From an uncultured Acidobacteriota bacterium (GTDB lineage Bacteria > Acidobacteriota > Thermoanaerobaculia > UBA5066): DNA of 64,000 nucleotides. Positions 49,801-60,008 of the stretch are shown here, piece by piece; within the stretch, counting starts at the first letter, position 1, and each line of letters starts with the position of its first letter. The DNA lies in assembly GCA_963779415.1 (NCBI GenBank), contig CAVZYA010000002.1:160001-224000 (forward strand), written 5' to 3'. The notes beneath the pieces are model-generated. The model worked only from the letters and a program-made list of their open reading frames with translations. It was not told where the DNA came from and did no database searches. Made by a program: the position numbers and the translations under genes.

Positions 49801-51599
49801 CGAGCATCGTTCTCCATCCGTCCGACGGGAGTCACGGCGTGACGCTGGACGTTCACGACTCGATCGGGGCCGAGGCCATCGTCACTCAGACGGTGACCGT
49901 CGGGACGCCTCCCGTCGTCCAGATCCAGACGCCCTCCGCCGACCTGAGCGTCGAGGCGGGCATCTCCGTCGCGTTCGGCGCCAGTGGCTCTCCTTCCGTA
50001 CCGGGGGGGACCCTCGGCTACGCGTGGGACTTCGGCGACGGGATGCCCGGCGCCGCGGGAGCCTCCACGAGTCACCTGTACGGCGTCCCCGGGACGTACA
50101 CGGTCAGGCTGACCGGCACCGACTCGCGTGGCGCCATCGCGACGGCGACCCGGACGATCGTCGTCACGCTGCCGACCCTCACCGGAGCTTCGCTTCTTCT
50201 CCCCGTCGTCGTCGAGACGCCCGGAGCGGGCGGAAGCTACTACACGTCCCAGGTGACGATCGGCTCGCGCCTGCCGTCGCCGGTCGACGTCCTCCTCGCT
50301 TACTCCGCATCGGACGGCGGCGGCTCCGGGTACGCGCGCCTCACGCTCGCGGCCGGCCAGCAGATGATCCTCCCGGGAATCCTCGGATGGCTGCGCGGCG
50401 CCGGCCTTCCCATCCCCTCCGACAGGGTCACGACACGAGCCGGGACCCTGACGGCCACCTTCTCGGGCGCGGCGACCACGGCGGGCCTCTTCCTCGGTGC
50501 CCGGACCTTCACGAACGACCCGGCGGGCGGCGCCGGAACCTTCGGTCTCTTCTACCCCGCCGCCCCGGTCGTCACCGACTCGATCACCATCTTCGGGCTC
50601 CAGCAGGACCCGGCGCAGCGCTCGAACCTCGCTCTCGTGAACACGAGCGACGCGCCGATCACGCTCCGGACCCTCCTCTACGGTCCGACCGGCCTTCCGC
50701 TCTCCACCACGGACACCGGGCTTCCCCCGTTCGGGTGGACGCAGATCGGATCTCCGCTGAACGGGACCGGCGCGTCGTCCGGCGTGGCGATCGTCTCGCG
50801 GCTCTCCGGCACCGGGAGCTTCTCGGCCTACGGCGTCCTGAACGACGCCGTCACCTCGGACGGCTCGTTCCTCCCCCCGCTCACGGCCGACGCGTCGGCT
50901 CCCGACCGGATCCTCCCGGTCGTCGTCTCCGCCGCGGGCTACAGCTCCGAGCTGACGCTGACGAATCTGACCTCCTCGTCGCTCACGCTGACGATGACCT
51001 ACACGGCCTCGCCGCAGATCGGATCGGGGACCGGCTCCGGAACCGCGACGCTCACGCTCGGGCCGAACGAACAGAGGATCGGAGATGCCATGACGACCCT
51101 TCGTCAGGCCGGCATCCCGGTTCCGACCACCGGCGACATCGGGGGATCCCTCGACCTCCGCGCCGGGGCCGGAAGCGCCTCCTCCTTCGCGGCCGGGGCC
51201 CGAACCTTCACGAGAGCGGACACCGGCGGCACGTTCGGGCAGTTCTACACGGGCCTCACGATCGCCGACTCCGCCACGTCGATCGCCTACGTCGACGGGC
51301 TGCAGCAGAACGGCGTTCAGCGCTCGAACCTTGCCGTCGTCAACCGAGGCGACGCCGGCGACACGATCACGCTCCAGATCACCTACTACGGCCCCGACGG
51401 GTCCCAGGCCGGCCCCGTGAAGACCTACACGCTTTCGCCCGGCCAGTGGGCGCAGGACAACAAGCCGCTCCTCGCGCGCGGCATCTCCGCTGGCTCGGCG
51501 AAGATCCGGAAGATCTCGGGCAACTCGCACTTCGTCGCGTATGGCGTTCTCAACGACCAGACCAATTCCGACGGGAGCTACATCGCCATGAGCAATTAG
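46896..51599 (+). CDS. Large secreted multidomain enzyme: clan GH-A (GH39/GH5-like) hydrolase + formylglycine sulfatase + PKD domains + C-terminal (AB)2 repeat module
   Basis: RBS aaggag; signal peptide; WQRVEQQKGVFDF, YELWNEFN and YQTEGSW (GH-A Glu pair); ILTDDQD, CCPSR, FGKYLN and SDNGYH (S1 sulfatase); YAWDFGDG (PKD); module at 50187-51596. Confidence 0.9.
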   Translation: MEPSVTKSGLTWLLLAIVTAAAPGLAQSTTPIPPEFFGVAMVNAKDPPAVPMGTIAHGDFAWQRVEQQKGVFDFSILDAYVAAAQADGLVDAVTNTASVAITLAAGTPGWAVADKSTCGTTGGVVVCTAPPDDIQDWKDFVTALLAHYDGTAQPHIRIYELWNEFNVSLWWTGTNAQMVALAQAAYPIVHADPNSILLTPSVAGPVGTASLHSGVTHMTSYLQAGGAAYADGGAFHGYVGAQGGVSPFPMPEDDGTPGCTPFVTCYGSIVTKATQMRTVFDDYGLLGKPIYQTEGSWGNNTVTDPDTQTAWITRYTLLQAGLRSSVNLQLAAWFTWAPPAFGWGTIEDSSGNPTPAGAAYREVYHWLVGATLAQPCSSGVDGTWTCSLTRPGGYVAKAVWNTKGPATYSPGTGYTQLRDVTGATTPIPPGGSVAIGAKPVLVEGSTLAPPGAPNIVLILTDDQDVQSGMLAYMPHLQELLVARGTSFPNNMVPLSLCCPSRTTILRGQYPHNTGVLGNSLPNGGFEKAYNENVEASTVATLLHGAGYRTALFGKYLNGYPDTADGFYIPPGWDEWYSPISGDPYSEFNYGLNENGKKFSYGSTAADYGTDVYLGKAVDFIQRAASTPSQPIFVYFATYAPHSPYTPAPRHAGLFPGVTAPHFPSFNEADVSEKPAYINTKPLLTPADIAGIDSDFQGRLQALQAVDEAIATLVSTLSATGRLANTFLVFASDNGYHMGEHRLLPGKYTPYETDIHVPLVIRGPGVPAGVARSEYTADLDLAETFADLAGVPPLSFSDGRSLKPLLTGPPPSAWRQAFFLEEFGTGEFDPPDVLAGTPREPLDKQDLATTVPIPSYYGFQATGYKFVAYKSGEKELYVASDPYELANVASKVSPAIETALASYLNSFDGCVGDACRAAEAVAPPALLTASFTVTPPAPPSGAAVTLTATASGTAPYTYAWTVDGTPQSGASIVLHPSDGSHGVTLDVHDSIGAEAIVTQTVTVGTPPVVQIQTPSADLSVEAGISVAFGASGSPSVPGGTLGYAWDFGDGMPGAAGASTSHLYGVPGTYTVRLTGTDSRGAIATATRTIVVTLPTLTGASLLLPVVVETPGAGGSYYTSQVTIGSRLPSPVDVLLAYSASDGGGSGYARLTLAAGQQMILPGILGWLRGAGLPIPSDRVTTRAGTLTATFSGAATTAGLFLGARTFTNDPAGGAGTFGLFYPAAPVVTDSITIFGLQQDPAQRSNLALVNTSDAPITLRTLLYGPTGLPLSTTDTGLPPFGWTQIGSPLNGTGASSGVAIVSRLSGTGSFSAYGVLNDAVTSDGSFLPPLTADASAPDRILPVVVSAAGYSSELTLTNLTSSSLTLTMTYTASPQIGSGTGSGTATLTLGPNEQRIGDAMTTLRQAGIPVPTTGDIGGSLDLRAGAGSASSFAAGARTFTRADTGGTFGQFYTGLTIADSATSIAYVDGLQQNGVQRSNLAVVNRGDAGDTITLQITYYGPDGSQAGPVKTYTLSPGQWAQDNKPLLARGISAGSAKIRKISGNSHFVAYGVLNDQTNSDGSYIAMSN

Positions 51600-53501
51600 C
51601 CGGACGCGGGCCAGATCCTGTTGCTCTCCTCGAGATCCGCCAGGTAGCGCATCAGGCGCTGGACTCTCCAGAACTCCCTCGCGTGTCCGCCCAGCCGTCC
51701 CTTGCGGGCGATTCCGTTCCGGTCGACCAGGAAGAGATCCGTCCCGATCAAGGCGATGCCGGGCCCGCGATCGTGCCCGGCCTGCGAGGAGAAGATCGAG
51801 CGTCCGAGAAACGGGTTCGGCCTCTGGGGAAGGCCGAGCAGGTGGATCAGGGACGGCGCGAAGTCGACGGAGGTCCGGAACTCCGCGTCGAAGGTCTTCG
51901 GGAGCCGGTGTCCGGGCGAATAGATGACGAGCGGGATCGTATCGACGGGAATGCGAGGAAGGTCGGGGAAGTGCGGCCGGATGGCCTCCATGTAGGTCCT
52001 CTCCGGATAGTGACAATGGTCCGTCGTGAAGACGACGACGGTGTTCTGTGCGAGAGGCGACCGGAGGAAGAACTCCAGGAACCGGCCGAACGCGTGGTCG
52101 AAGCTGTGAACGGTGTTGAGGCTGTAGTTCCCGCCGTCACCATACTTCGGGCCATCGGCCGCCGAATCCTGGAAGGCATGGGTCTCGATGTTGTAGAGGC
52201 CGACGAAGAAGGGGCGCGCCCCGCGTCCGCGCCCCTGTCGCTCCTCGAGAAAACCGATGAGGGAGTCGAGGAGCTGGTGATCGGAAAGAGCGTCGCTCCG
52301 CAGCGGCTCCGCCCCCGCCAGATAGCGCGCCGAGAGGTCTTCCGCGGTCCAGACGTTCTCGAACCCGATCCGTCTCATCATCTCGTCGACGCGGGCGGCC
52401 GGCCGCCGGTGCGTGTCGAGGAAGTCCGTCTCGTACCCCAGCTCGCGGAGGTAGTCGGCGAGGCTGAAGTAGCTTCTGACGCCCCCGCCCTCGGGACCCT
52501 CGAGCCAGGCATCCGACCCCTCGTCTTTCGGAAAGAGCGAGCAGAGCTGTCCGTGAAGACCCCGGTACGTCGCGAAACGAGTGGTTGTAGTAGTTCGTCA
52601 CGACCATCGTCCTCGGGTCGGCGGCGAACCGGTCGAGATTCGGCGTGATCCCCGGGAACGGTGAGCCGTAGGGTCCCGTCAGACGCGCCGACAGCCCCTC
52701 CGTGAAGAAGACGACGAGGTTGGGAAGGCGAGGCGCTCCCGGCTCCTTCGCGAAGGGTGGATCGCCTTCGTAGATCCACTCCTTCCGGAGCGGAAAGTCG
52801 CTCGACATCGAGATCTCGAAACCATATCGCTTCGCCGCCACGGCATCGTTCAGGGTGAACGCGCCCGGATCTCCCGCCGGTCTCCCGACGAGTACGTCGA
52901 TCAGGGAGACGAAGGGGGACCGGTCCGTTATGTTGTTCCCCTCGTACAGCTCCTCCCGGATCCTGCGGGCGTTTTCCGGAAGTGCCCGGGGGATGACGCC
53001 GATGACGCCCGCGAGAGACAGCGCCGCGAGGGAGAGGGTTCCCGCTTCGCGCCAGCGGACGGCATTCCGCGCGCATTCCGTCAGGAGCGGCACGAAGAGC
53101 GCGACCGCCACCGCGACGGCGGCCGCCGCGACCCTCCTCGGGCTGAGGAGAAGCGTCACGTGGTTCGCGTTCTCGACCGCCAGCCTCGAGAGGTACTGGC
53201 CCGTCAGGTAATGTGAGGCGAGCTGAAAGACGTCCCCGAGAAACGGAACGAGAAAGACACCGTAGGCCAGAAGCCGCAGCGGGAGCCGGCCGTTGACCAG
53301 GAGGGCCCCCGCGGAGACGACGAGCAGGACGTCGATGACTTGACCGGCGAAGAACGTGCTAACGGCGAGAAAGGCCGGGAGAGCGGCGGATCCGGTGGTC
53401 AGGGAGAGCTGGCACGCGAACCCTCCGAGGAGGAGGGCGTTCCAGACGAGGACGAGACCGACGAAGACGTACGGTCTCCTCGCCGTGCGGAAAAATGGCA
53501 T
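51596..53501 (-). CDS. LtaS/MdoB-like membrane-anchored sulfatase/phosphotransferase-superfamily protein; 1-nt frameshift at ~52575
   Basis: ~5 TM N-terminus; PNLVVFFTEGLS and TPNLDRFA. Removing one T gives YYNHSFATYRGLHGQLCS, continuing to IETHAF, TTDH, IPLVIY, DFAPSLIHLLG and FLGRSIF. Start uncertain (53501-53579). Confidence 0.8.
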
Positions 53502-53784
53502 CCGGAACTCGCCTCTCATCTCGAGGATCTCGAGAATGGCCTGCCAGAGCAGACGCGACCGGAACACTACTCCAGTCATTCAGCCCCGAGCGACGTGAAC
53601 CACGACCCGCGACTGGGGTCAGGCCTCAAGCACGAATCGCATGGCTGCTCGGCGGTACGATCCGCGGCTGTGCCGACGTCAAGGCCCGAAGCCTCCTCCG
53701 CGACATCGTCAAGCACCCGGCCGATGTCGAGGTCCCGTCGGACGAGGCTCGATGAGCTGGAGTGAAGGTGCTTCTCGGAGAAGA

Positions 53785-55182
53785 ATGAGGTGGGCCATGT
53801 TCCTCGCCGTGGTCCACGTGGCCTGCGGGAGAGGAGCATCAGACACCCGGGAGCAGACAGGGGACACGGCTCCGCGGGCGGTTTCCCGAGGTTCTGAAGC
53901 GGAGCGGATCGCGGCGATGGGGAGCCTTCCCTACGTCAACTTCGTCCCCATGGCACCGGGAGACCAGGGGAAGAAGGGTGTGACCACCGTGGATTACGAG
54001 CGGGTGGATCCGGGATACGTTCTCTTCGTCCCGAAACCGCGTTACGAAGCGCTGCTGGTCGACGTGAACGGCGATGTGGTCCATCGATGGGCCTCCGAGA
54101 CGGGGCGTCTCACGGAGGCCCAGACGGCGCGGTGGCCCGACTTCTTCGCCGGTTGGCAGACCGTCTCGATGGCGCCGAATGGTGACCTCTTTGCGATCCT
54201 GAGTCGTCATGGTGTCCTGAAGCTGGACTGGAACTCGCGGCTGGTCTGGATGACGTCGATCCCGGCACACCACGACATCGCCGTTGCAGGAAACGGCGAC
54301 ATCTACCTGCTGGCCGAGAGCGTGCGCGTCGTGAAGAGCGGCGGTCGAGAAAGGGTCGTCCTGGATGACGGCATCGCGATCCTGCGCCCCGACGGCTCGA
54401 TCCTGCGGCGTATTTCACTGTTCGATGTCTTCGCCCGGAGCGGGGACTGGTCGGCGAGGCTGGAACGCCGCATCGGCGAACGCTTCCGAGCTCTCGACGA
54501 ACGAGGGCTCGAAGGCCTCCTGGCCCTGGGAACGGAATGGCAAACACGGTATCGAGACCGTGCCGACGTGGAACGTGCAGCTCGGCTGCTGTCGTCGGGT
54601 CGCGTCGAAGGGGATGAGCGGGAAGCCGTCGCGATGCTGCGCGCGATACCAGGCTCACCGTCGGATCTGTTCCACGGGAATACGGTCGTTCCCCTGAAGC
54701 GGGACGAACGAGGACTCTGGGAAGACGGCGACGTCATGGTGTCTCTGGCGAACTGGAACCTCGTCGCGGTGATCGACATGAAGCACGAGCGGATCGGGTG
54801 GAGCTGGGGACCCGGAGAGATCGAAGGGGCGCACCAGCCGACCGTGCTGGAGAACGGCAATATCCTCGTGTTCGACAACGGCACGTCCCGAAATCGCTCC
54901 AGAGTCGTCGAGGTCGATCCGGGCTGGAAGACGATCGTGTGGTCTTACGAGGCCCCTGGTTTTCTTTCCCCCAGCGAGGGCGGTTGCGAGGGACTTCCGT
55001 CCGGGAATGTCCTGATCACGGAAACGCGGACGGCACGGCTGTTCGAGGTCTCGAGGGAGAAACGGCTCGTCTGGGAGTACTTCAATCCCTTTTTCGATGA
55101 GGCCGGAGTTCGTCGTTCCGGCATCTATCGGACACATCACGTTTCTCCGGAGACGGCCACTCCCCTGTTGGCGAAGCGCTGA
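53785..55182 (+). CDS. Arylsulfotransferase (ASST)-family lipoprotein
   Basis: Lipobox-like HVAC; AHHDI, DLFHGNTV, AHQPTVLENGNILVFDNG, SRVVEVD, LPSGNVLITE and VWEY...IYR motifs. Confidence 0.85.
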   Translation: MRWAMFLAVVHVACGRGASDTREQTGDTAPRAVSRGSEAERIAAMGSLPYVNFVPMAPGDQGKKGVTTVDYERVDPGYVLFVPKPRYEALLVDVNGDVVHRWASETGRLTEAQTARWPDFFAGWQTVSMAPNGDLFAILSRHGVLKLDWNSRLVWMTSIPAHHDIAVAGNGDIYLLAESVRVVKSGGRERVVLDDGIAILRPDGSILRRISLFDVFARSGDWSARLERRIGERFRALDERGLEGLLALGTEWQTRYRDRADVERAARLLSSGRVEGDEREAVAMLRAIPGSPSDLFHGNTVVPLKRDERGLWEDGDVMVSLANWNLVAVIDMKHERIGWSWGPGEIEGAHQPTVLENGNILVFDNGTSRNRSRVVEVDPGWKTIVWSYEAPGFLSPSEGGCEGLPSGNVLITETRTARLFEVSREKRLVWEYFNPFFDEAGVRRSGIYRTHHVSPETATPLLAKR

Positions 55183-55203
55183 TAGTCGTGGCGCGTTCCG
55201 CCA

Positions 55204-55296
55204 CTGGCCGGGCGGCGGCCGGGGATCGAGGACGTCGCGAGAGAGCTGCGCCTCAGCTGACGGACGCTTCAACGGAGATTGACCGAGGACGGCACC
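55204..55296 (+). pseudogene. Relic of an AraC-family regulator helix-turn-helix
   Basis: Translates LAGRRPGIEDVARELRLS*RTLQRRLTEDGT, matching the AraC pattern '(I/L)EDVAxxLxxSxRTLQRRLxxxG'. In-frame TGA at 55258-55260 and no start codon. Confidence 0.7.
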
Positions 55297-55303
55297 GGGA
55301 TGA

Positions 55304-56371
<1,068 letters not shown>

Positions 56372-56446
56372 ACGGCGATGAAAGAAAGGCATGCGCGCCA
56401 CATGAACGGGGTCAGGTCTTGAGTCTGTATTCTGCCGGCGCCGCCG

Positions 56447-56947
56447 CTACCGCCCCATCTCCGGCGCGGGCACGATCGGCAGGTCCCAGTGCGCAAGGAG
56501 GATCTCGAAGCGGCGCTGCTCCTCGCGCGCGTAGCTCTCCTGATCCGGGAAGAGCTGCTTCTTCAGCGCTTCCTCCCCCGAGGCGTCGGCGGCCGCCGCC
56601 GCGTTCCGGAAGACGAGCGTGACGCGGTAGTCCCAGCGCCCCTCTTCGGTCGCGTGATATCGGGGCTTCTCGACCTCGATCTCGAGGATCCTGCCCGATT
56701 CGATCTGCTTTTTCAGAATCGGGAGGTGGTTCTTCGCGAAGAGCCGCGCGAACTCCTCCGCGAAGCCCCATTTCACCTTGTAGTAGTACTCGACGGCGAA
56801 CGGGGTCTCGGCCGAGGTGGCGGGGTGCCGAGGCGTGGCCGGAGCTTGGGCTCCCGCCCGCGTCGGCGTCACGGCCACGACCGCGAGGAGAGCGGAGGCG
56901 CCGAGAGTCCAGAGACGAAACAAGGACTTGTGCCGAATAGTTCTCAT
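56447..56947 (-). CDS. Hypothetical exported protein (possible NIPSNAP/dimeric alpha-beta-barrel-like)
   Basis: RBS ggagg; signal peptide; VEYYYKVKWGFAEEF...NHLPILK...WDYRVT...EEQRRFEILLAHWD; coding-like GC3. Confidence 0.7.
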   Translation of the reverse strand: MRTIRHKSLFRLWTLGASALLAVVAVTPTRAGAQAPATPRHPATSAETPFAVEYYYKVKWGFAEEFARLFAKNHLPILKKQIESGRILEIEVEKPRYHATEEGRWDYRVTLVFRNAAAAADASGEEALKKQLFPDQESYAREEQRRFEILLAHWDLPIVPAPEMGR

Positions 56948-57090
56948 GAAGCCTCCCGGGTCGACCGTGTCTCGAACCGCCCTGCCGACCCTCTTCGGAT
57001 TCATCGGGCTGACGACCTCGAAGGATACCGCCCTCCCGCGGACCGTCCCGCTGATGCTGCGGCGCCGATCGGACGGGACGAGACCTGCGG

Positions 57091-57417
57091 CTATCTTGAA
57101 AACTCGGTGGCTGTCGCTGAGATTTCAAGGTAGTAGTCGAGGTCTTCTTCTGGGCAGCGCTCGACGTGATTCACGGAGGCCAGGAAACATTCCCGCTTGC
57201 TCCGAGAGTCCGTGCAGTCGCCGCTCACCGGCTCCTCGAGGCCATTCATCCGCTGGGCTAGACGCCGAAGAGGACGGGCTCCTGGCGAGCGAGAGAAGGG
57301 CCTGTCTTCGTTGATACGTATCGAACCCTGCCAAGCGATCCACCAAGGGACCTCCTGGACCTCTTTGACCGTTTTCTGGTAATCGATAGGGCCGTCTGAC
57401 GGTATCCTCCGCGGGGG
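57091..57417 (-). pseudogene. Start-less, lower-GC open frame (possible decayed foreign gene fragment)
   Basis: The minus strand is open for ~108 codons (PIDYQKTVKEVQEVPWWIAWQG...EEDLDYYLEISATATEFSR*), bounded upstream by TGA with no 5' start codon. Confidence 0.3.
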
Positions 57418-57600
57418 TCAGAATGTCCCCCCAGCCAGCGTTCCGAGGGCAGCAGGGACCCGAAGGATGCACATTCCAAGCCTCTCCCCCTGACGGCATA
57501 GAATCCCCGCAGTCGCACCACGACGGGCCGCCGGAACGAGCGCCGCCGCGCCGGGGGGCACGGACCCCGCCCCTTCCTCCGACCCGGGGAGGCAGCCACC

Positions 57601-59961
57601 ATGAGCCTCTCCGCGGGAACGAAGCTCGGCCCTTACGAGATCGTTGCCCCTCTTGGCGCTGGGGGCATGGGCGAGGTCTACGAGGCCCGCGACACCCGCC
57701 TCCATCGCTCCGTGGCAGTCAAGGTCCTTCCCGCGCAACTCGCCGCTGACTCGGACCGGCTGGCACGTTTCGCGCACGAAGCGCGAACAGCGTCGGCTCT
57801 CAATCACCCCAACATCGTCACCATCCACGAGATCGGCGAATGGGAAGGGACGCCTTACCTCGTGATGGAGCGCGTCGACGGAGAGACGCTGCGACGGCTC
57901 CTAGCCAAGGGACCCATCGAGAGCCGGCGGCTGCTCGATCTGGCCACGCAGATCGCCGAGGGCCTGGCGAAGGCCCACGCCGCTGGAATCGTCCACCGCG
58001 ACCTGAAGCCCGAGAACGTGATGGTCACCGTCGACGGCTTCGTCAAGATCCTCGACTTCGGCCTCGCCAAGCTCCGGGGAGGGCCCGCAGGGGACCTGAG
58101 CCGCGAAGAGACCCTCCCGCGAACGGTCGAGGGGACCATCGTCGGAACCGTCGGCTACATGTCACCAGAGCAGGCCGCCGGGCGGCCGGTGGACATCCGG
58201 TCTGATCAGTTCGCGTTCGGCTCGATGCTCTACGAGATGATCGGCGGGCGGCGGGCGTTCTCCCGCGCCAGCGCGGCGCAGACACTGGCGGCCATCATCG
58301 AAGACGAGCCCGAGCCGCTCGAGCGCCTCTCCCCCTCCTTCCCGGCGCAGGTCCGAAGGATCCTCGCGCGATGCCTCGCCAAAGACCCGGCGAAGCGTTA
58401 CACGTCGACGTCCGATCTCGCCCACGAGCTCCGCACCGTCCGGGACCAGATGTCGTCCTTTTCAGGGGCGGAGGCCGCACCGACCATCTCCGTGACGATG
58501 CCCCGGCGCCGCCCCGTCCGTGCTCCCGTAATGATCGCGGCGGGCGTGCTCCTCCTCGCGGCAGTCGCCGCAGGCGTCTTCAGGTTCTTCCGGAGCGCGT
58601 CCGGCTCCATCGCGGTCCTGCCCTTCAGGAACCTCACCGGCGACGCCGGTCAGGAATACTTCGCCGACGGAATCACCGACGGGCTGATCTCGCAGCTGGG
58701 GAGGATCGGCGCGCTGCGGGTGACGTCTCTCTATTCGGTAATGGCGTACAAGGACGGCAAGACGCCGCTCCGGGAGATCGCCCGGGCCCTCGGCGTGGCC
58801 ACGGTCGTCGAGGGGACGGTCCTGAGGGTCGGAAGCGACGTGAGCCTGCGGGTCCGTCTGGTCCGGGCGCTTCCCGAGGAGCGAAGCCTCTGGGAGAAGA
58901 ACTACGACCGAACCCTCGCCGACATTCTGGCAATGTACGGCGACATCGCGCTGGCCCTCTCCCGCGAGATGGAAGTCCCGCTGAAGCCGCGGGAGGAGAA
59001 GGGCCTCGCCTCGAGGCGCCCGGTAAACCCGGAAATCTACAAGTCCTATCTCAGGGGAATGGCTCTCGTGAACACCTGGAAGGACGAGGAGACCGAGCGC
59101 GGCCTGGCGGAGCTGCGGAAGGCCGTGGAGCGAGACCCTGCCGACCCGCTGGCGTACGTGGGCCTCGCCTATGGCTACGTCTCGCTCGGGCACGGGCCGA
59201 AATCCCCGCCGGACGCCTGGCAGCGGGCGCGGGAGGCGAGCCTCAGAGCACTGAAGCTGGACGACACGCTGGCCGACGCGTATGCGACGCTGGCCGACGT
59301 CAAGTCCTACTACGAGCGCGACTGGAAGGGGGCCGAGGAGAACTTCCTGCGGGCCATGGAGCTGAACCCCAGCCTGGCCATGAACCACTACCACTACGCC
59401 TGGTACCTGGCCCTCTTCTCCCGCTTCGACGAGGCGATCGCAGAGCACAAGCGCGCCCAGGAGCTGGACCCACTCACGCCGCTCCACACCGCCTGGCTGG
59501 GCGGCCTCTACTGGTGCGTGGGCCGCTATGACGATGCCATTGCGGAAGCCCGGAAATGTCTCAAGCTGAACGGGGACGACGAGCTTGGTTGGCTCATCAC
59601 GGGGTTCGGTTACGCCGGGAAGAAGATGTACACGGAGGCTATCGACGCCCACCGGAAAGCGGTCGCGGTCGACCCGGACTGGAAGTACGCCCTCGCCCGG
59701 ACCTTCGCGCTGGCGGGGCGCACGGCCGAGGCCAGGGCCATCCGGGGCGAGCTCGAGAGCCAGCCGCTCACCTCGTTCGGCGCGTGGGGTCTCGCGATCA
59801 CGGCGACGGCTCTCGGGGACAACGACAAGGCACTCGAGTATCTCCGATACGAGCCGGCCCACGGCTGGATCCCGTGGGCGAGGGTCGACCCGGAGTTCGA
59901 GCCCCTCCGCCGCGACCCTCGGTTCAAGGGCTTTCTCAGGAAGTACAACCTGCCCGACTAG
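57601..59961 (+). CDS. Hanks-type Ser/Thr protein kinase with TM helix, TolB-N-like domain and TPR repeats
   Basis: LGAGGMGEVY, VAVK, HRDLKPEN, KILDFGLAK and GTVGYMSPE motifs; SIAVLPFRNL...YFADGITD; TPR repeats; DPEFEPLRRDPRF tail. Confidence 0.95.
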   Translation: MSLSAGTKLGPYEIVAPLGAGGMGEVYEARDTRLHRSVAVKVLPAQLAADSDRLARFAHEARTASALNHPNIVTIHEIGEWEGTPYLVMERVDGETLRRLLAKGPIESRRLLDLATQIAEGLAKAHAAGIVHRDLKPENVMVTVDGFVKILDFGLAKLRGGPAGDLSREETLPRTVEGTIVGTVGYMSPEQAAGRPVDIRSDQFAFGSMLYEMIGGRRAFSRASAAQTLAAIIEDEPEPLERLSPSFPAQVRRILARCLAKDPAKRYTSTSDLAHELRTVRDQMSSFSGAEAAPTISVTMPRRRPVRAPVMIAAGVLLLAAVAAGVFRFFRSASGSIAVLPFRNLTGDAGQEYFADGITDGLISQLGRIGALRVTSLYSVMAYKDGKTPLREIARALGVATVVEGTVLRVGSDVSLRVRLVRALPEERSLWEKNYDRTLADILAMYGDIALALSREMEVPLKPREEKGLASRRPVNPEIYKSYLRGMALVNTWKDEETERGLAELRKAVERDPADPLAYVGLAYGYVSLGHGPKSPPDAWQRAREASLRALKLDDTLADAYATLADVKSYYERDWKGAEENFLRAMELNPSLAMNHYHYAWYLALFSRFDEAIAEHKRAQELDPLTPLHTAWLGGLYWCVGRYDDAIAEARKCLKLNGDDELGWLITGFGYAGKKMYTEAIDAHRKAVAVDPDWKYALARTFALAGRTAEARAIRGELESQPLTSFGAWGLAITATALGDNDKALEYLRYEPAHGWIPWARVDPEFEPLRRDPRFKGFLRKYNLPD

Positions 59962-60008
59962 CGAGCGCGGTCCGGGGCCGGTGTCGGACCCGACCGCGTA
60001 GAGAAGGT

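Noticed and set aside
240-52580. Frameshifts at ~245, ~3927, ~7225, ~17135, ~22555, ~41786, ~42109 and ~52575 as programmed frameshifting, phase variation or genome decay
   Set aside because: Each is a single-base indel, mostly in short homopolymers, in otherwise intact genes of unrelated function. No shared slippery motif or accumulated stops. Long-read consensus error is the simplest explanation; read mapping would settle it.
55258-55260. In-frame TGA in the AraC-like fragment as selenocysteine or stop read-through
   Set aside because: The position is not a Cys site in AraC proteins, and the fragment lacks a start and the rest of the domain. Decay is more likely.
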